A DNA stretch of 62,991 nt, filler included, from Collodictyon triciliatum (Eukaryota): assembly GCA_043381765.1 (NCBI GenBank). It is 14 parts of 14 records of this genome, joined end to end, with 100 filler letters (N's around TTAATTAATTAA, not from the genome) between each part and the next. Parts side by side here need not be neighbours in the genome. Positions count along the whole stretch, not along the records: positions 54,087 to 58,489 come from JBHJMP010006139.1; positions 58,590 to 62,991 come from JBHJMP010006140.1; 12 more parts are not named here. One strand, given 5' to 3'. The position numbers and the translations under genes are program-made. Below the pieces are notes generated by a model. That model had not been told where the DNA came from. It saw nothing but the letters and a program-made list of their open reading frames with translations, and searched no databases. Below, piece by piece: positions 58,052 to 62,991 of the stretch; the stretch's first letter is position 1, and the number at the start of each line of letters is the position of its first letter.

Positions 58052-59283
58052 CAAGGTAAGTAGTATAGTAAATGCATATTAATATATGTTCGTTAACTAG
58101 AATCATTTTAGATGGAGAGATTCTCTGCGTTTTTTTCAAGCAGACCTCCGCTTTTTTCCCACAAGGACGCTCCATGAAAACAGAATAAAACCATAAAAAA
58201 TTGACAGCAAAGCTGATCGATCTCTGTTGCAACCATTGTATTTCTATTCCTTTCCTTTTTCTTTTCTTTTCTTTTTTCTTTTTCTTCTTTTCTTTTTTTT
58301 TTCTTCTTTTTTCTTTTTTCTTTTTTCTTTTTTCTTTTTTCTTTTTTCTTTTTTCTTTTTTCTTTTTTCTTTTTTCTTTTTTCTTTCTTCTTTTTTCTTT
58401 CTTTTTTCTTTTTCTTTTTCTTTTTTTCCTTGTCTTCTTTTTTCCTTTTTTTCTTTTTTCTTTTTTCTTTTTCCTTTTTTCTTTTTTCTNNNNNNNNNNN
58501 NNNNNNNNNNNNNNNNNNNNNNNNNNNNNNNNNTTAATTAATTAANNNNNNNNNNNNNNNNNNNNNNNNNNNNNNNNNNNNNNNNNNNNTTTTGTTTTTT
58601 GTTTTTTGTTTTTTACTTTTTGCTTTTTTGTTTTTTTGTTGTTTTTTGTTTTGCTTTTTTCATTTTTTTTTTTTAACGCTCAGTAAAACCAAAATAACTT
58701 AAAATATGTTTGCTGGATGTAGGGTGACTTGATATGAGAAATAGAAAACCCAGCAGGGGCACGAAAAGCCGCCGGGTTGGAGGACGGGGGTATGGACTCT
58801 GATCGCGTTGTGCCCAAGCCGCATGTTTTGACAAGCAAAGACCCAAATTGGCGAAAAATATTACCGTATATAATATATCATTAAAATTATAATAATACCA
58901 TAAATAATATACGATATTTAGTAGTTATAATAGTAATAGGTACTATATTATAGTTTATATTTCACTAAATGGAATCATTCATAGCCACTTATCTACGTCC
59001 ATAGCGTTCCTGGGTTTGGAACCTGACTACTGTGCATGACAAGTCTGTCGCATCAGATGCTCCATGAACGCAAGAAAACTGTGGCAAAGCGCCCCCATTC
59101 TCCCACCCATAGTCTGCGATACGTTTGCATCTCATCATCTAGGCTGCAGAGACACTTTGATGCCAGAAGCAAAAGCAGAGGCAGAGGAAGAAGCAGCGTT
59201 TTGTCCTACCTGCCACTCATTTCTCCGTTCACCATGTCGTAACACCTCGTGTCTTTTTCCATTCAGGATTCATCTGCTTCAGG

Positions 59284-62200
59284 ATGCAGAGGATTGCTCT
59301 CTTGCAAGCAGGCAGCCGAGCAACGACCACGCGCTTGCTCTTGCTCTTGCTCTTGTTCGCTCTTTCGCTCCTTGTTGCGGAGGCGTCTGTGACTCAGCAG
59401 AGTGCCTTTACTCCAGAGGCAGCAGCTTCGTACGACCTCTTCGGCGCAAGTGTTGATTTGTCCAGCTCTTTTGCCTTTGTGAGCGCACCCGATCGCTCCG
59501 TCGGTTCTGCAGAGCGCCAAGGAGCCGTGCAGATTTTCCAACGAAGTGAAGCCCTTTGAGCCGCGACGTCTCTTTTGACAGCCCAGGATGGCCAGGCGTT
59601 CGATGGCTTTGGGCATATAGTTTGTCTCACAGAACTGCGAGCAGCTGTTGGAGCTCCACATCATGATGGAGGAAGCCCGCCACTCCAAGATAGCGGTGCT
59701 GTGTTTGTATACACACTGAGTGCCGGGTCTTGGGGTCTTTCAACAAAGCTTCTGGCCTCCGATGCCGCCTCCAACGACGGTTTCGGCTCATCTCTTGCCT
59801 TGAATGACGAGATGCTTTTGGTCTCTGCGCCTCAGAAAAACGTCGGTTATTTGAGAGGTGTTGGAGCTGTCTATGTTTTTTCGCTTGGCGGCTCTGCTGT
59901 TTGGTCTCAAGTGGACACACTCAGTCCAGTTGATGTCCTCCCGGGAGACTTTTTCGGAGTCTCTGTCGCTTTGGGAGGAGCTAGTAGCACGACTTTTGCT
60001 GTTGGTGCCTGCGGGCAGGGCGATTACGGAGTTGTTTATATCTTCACAAGACAGTCGACAGTAGGCATGCATTTGTTTTCTCAGCAGCAGAAAGTCATCC
60101 CGGCTGGCGTTTCTAAGGGTGGTCGCTTCGGTTCTTCTCTTGCCATGTCCGGTTCTTATATCTTAGTCGGGTCACCACTTGACACAGTGAATGCAAAGTC
60201 TCAAGCAGGTTCCGTGTCAGTTTATACGCTGAATGGGTCTGTATGGAGCTTACAGCAAATACTCGCTGCCCCCGATGCAGCCAGCGGAGATAATTTCGGA
60301 GTTTCTGTTTCCTTAAGCCCAGGAACTGCTATTGCCCTCATCGGTAGCAAATATGCGGATATCGGATCTCAAACGAACCAAGGCGCATCATACTTGTTCA
60401 CACGGGCACATTCTACGTGGCAAATGGATTCGAAAGTGACATCTAACAATGGGGAATCGAATGACGAGTTTTCATCAGTTGCATTGACAGAGTATCATGC
60501 ACTCGTGGGCGCACCTCGGAAGACCCTGTCAGGTGTGTCAACACTCACTAATGCCGGTTCAGCATATGCTTTCTCTGTCTCTGTTAGCCAACAAGGTTTT
60601 TTTTTTTTAAAAAAAAAGGTTTTAAACATGGGTATCAATATAACATACCATACTATGAAAGACCTCTAAGACTGGTGAGGAAAATGCCTCAGAATCTTTT
60701 AAATTTTACATAAAACAGGTTTCACTTCCACATTCTCCAACAGTCAGTCCCCATCGTCCTCCAATAGCCAGTCTCCATCGTCCTCCAACAGCCAATCTCT
60801 GTCATTCTCCAACAGTCAATCTCTGTCATTTTCCAATAGCCAGTCTCCATCGTCCTCCAACAGCCAATCTCTGTCATTCTCCAACAGTCGATCTCTGTCA
60901 TTTTCCAACAGCCAGTCTCCATCGTCCTCCAACAGCCAATCCTCCTTATCATCCGATACTCAATCACAGACAAGATCTGCCGCTATCATGTCCGTCTATG
61001 CAGACAATAAGTCTAAATCTGAACATTTAGGATATCAAGTAGCTGTCAGAAATGGGATTGCAATCATATCTGTACCTGTGTGTGTAAATCCCTCTACAGA
61101 GAAAACATGCGATGGAGGTCACTTTTTGATTTACAAAAAGAATCCAACAGGCTGGATTTTACACCGCAAGGTGCGAAGTCCTTTTCGAAATAGAGATAAT
61201 AAGTTTGGATGGACTATGGAACTGAACGACAATTACCTTATCGTTTCATCCCCAGACTCAAAATTTAGAAGCGTAGAAGTTGGTTCAGTCGTATTCTACA
61301 CATGGAGCACAATTGCGGATTCCTTTGTGAAAGACTCTGTTATTAATTTTCGGAAAATGAAACCCAAGTACAACTTAGGAAGCTCTATGTCCAACTTTGT
61401 CAATACGACAGTTGTAGGAATGCCAGAATATGATGCATCCTCTGATGCCGAAAATTCTGGTGGTGTTCATGTCTACAAAAAGATTGAAGACAAAAGATGG
61501 GGGAAAAGAGTTACCATCACTGCGCAAAGTCCCGTCACTAATGGCAAATTTGGGCACTCTGTGTCAATGCACGGTAGCTTAAGATTTGCTGCATCCAACT
61601 TCCCCTATGATGGAAGTGCACACGCGGTCTTTATTTTCGACTATTCCAGTTCAAAATGGTCACTCCGGCAAACGATATCAAGCGGTGGAAAGCTAGGATT
61701 TGGATGGAGAATTCGTTTTTTCGAGGGCGTGTTGTATGTTTCTGCTATCGATGATAGCGTCGATGAGTCCTATGCGGGGTCAATATCCACCTATGAGCTG
61801 AGCCAAGGTGAAGAATACACATATAATTCTGATATCAAGCCGAACGATATCATCCCTGGAAAACACTTTGGATACAGTTTCAGCCAATCTGAAGATGGAA
61901 GTAGACTCGTTGTCGGCGCAAATCCGTGCCAGCAAGGACAATCATGCGGCATAAAGGGTATGGACTTAATTTACAATCATGATAAGCTTAGTTCACTTAA
62001 TTGCACATATTAATTTATTTTAAAGAAAAAAGAGCAAATTTTAACTTTTTTTTTTTAAAAAAAAAATAATCGAAAAAAAATACACCATACCATAAGGCTC
62101 CATTTACATCTTTACGAGAGATGATAATCGATGGATAGAGTGTTACAGCGCAGATTCGCCGGTCTTGGACGGCTCAGATGGGTTCGGTTTTGATGTGGCC

Positions 62201-62284
62201 ATAGAAAACAGAACTGTCATGGTATCTGCACCATTTAATGGCGATAATGCTCGAAGTGGAGTGACCTACTTCATCGAAAAATAA
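59284..62284 (+). CDS. Secreted FG-GAP (integrin-alpha-type) double beta-propeller protein with Ser-rich linker; in-frame TGA at 59557
   Basis: Signal peptide; repeated FG.S+A+....+VGAP....G+V+++ units; introns ~60596-60718 and ~61959-62095; ends YFIEK*. ORFs 59284-59559 and 59575-60669 are in the same frame. Confidence 0.82.
60733..60945 (+). repeat. 24-bp coding minisatellite (~9 units) encoding (F/S)SNSQS(P/L)S
   Basis: Tandem TYYTCCAAYAGYCARTCTCYRTCR units with a 72-bp higher-order period. Confidence 0.9.
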
Positions 62285-62991
62285 AGCTACTCTCGTATAA
62301 AATATACCTTTTCAACTGCGGTGAAATCCTCAAATATTTCACTTGGACTAAAGCCCTTTAAAAATTATATATAAATACAAATTTATGTGCACAATTTCCA
62401 CCTTTCTGTGGTATGGGGGTCGTTTTAAGTAGTCAATTTGTTAGTTGATATATGTTTATTTCGACATTGTCGAACTGAATTCTAATATATAAAGAAACAA
62501 AACATTTTACTTTATAACATGCCTCCTTTCGATTCAGTCCCAACTCTCGCGTTTCTTTTCAACATTGTAAGAATTCAAGTTTTATTCTAATAGAATTTAG
62601 GTTGCCACCCGGTTGCGTCAGCAAAGTAAGGGAAACCTCCTCATGAAGTCGGCGTGGAGGTTCCAAAATTTGAAAATTGTTACTCTCTAGAGCCTCATAT
62701 TTCTACCTTTAATATTGGCCAGCTGGGCTTTCGTGGATGAAAGGCTGATGAAAGCATAGTATCTGAGATAAGAGAGTGCTGTCATTGACTTTGGTTGTCT
62801 GTCTCACATTGCCATCAAACTTCTAAACCAAGAAAATGTAATTGGGAGCAATTATGAAAGAAAATTATCTGGATATCAAAAGTAATTGAAGCTGTATATC
62901 TTAGGCCTTAATTATGGCGTATTGAGCTACATAGACATTCCATGATATTATATATTAAAAATATGGCTCATTAATTTTACCCACTCCTGTC

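Overview
This is eukaryotic (protist-like) nuclear DNA and not one locus. It is 14 unrelated contigs of about 4.4 kb, roughly sorted by length and joined by artificial 100-nt N44-TTAATTAATTAA-N44 spacers, so adjacency across spacers means nothing. Genes are intron-rich (GT-AG) and the introns are full of microsatellites. Recognisable genes: GDAP2-like (macro + CRAL-TRIO), alpha-tubulin 3' end, a SAM methyltransferase, RPS25 with a candidate intronic C/D snoRNA, a PPEF-like EF-hand C-terminus, a prokaryote-type vWA protein, VPS35, an M28 peptidase, an N-acylation-motif cyclophilin, citrate synthase, TRRAP/Tra1, a degenerate membrane nucleotide cyclase, a TPR-pentapeptide-WD40-Sel1 protein and a double FG-GAP propeller protein. 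Several L1/Tx1-like LINE relics are also present. Most notable: (1) ultra-short (19-65 nt) oligo(A)-tailed insertions with ~15-16 bp target-site duplications, in two families, one matching the 3' tip of a LINE in the window; (2) an NLR-like receptor with one TPR per 126-nt exon and near-identical WD40 repeats that vary mainly at a few positions; (3) an in-frame TGA at a Trp position of the FG-GAP gene. All family assignments are by motif recognition, not database search, and exon boundaries were placed by eye.
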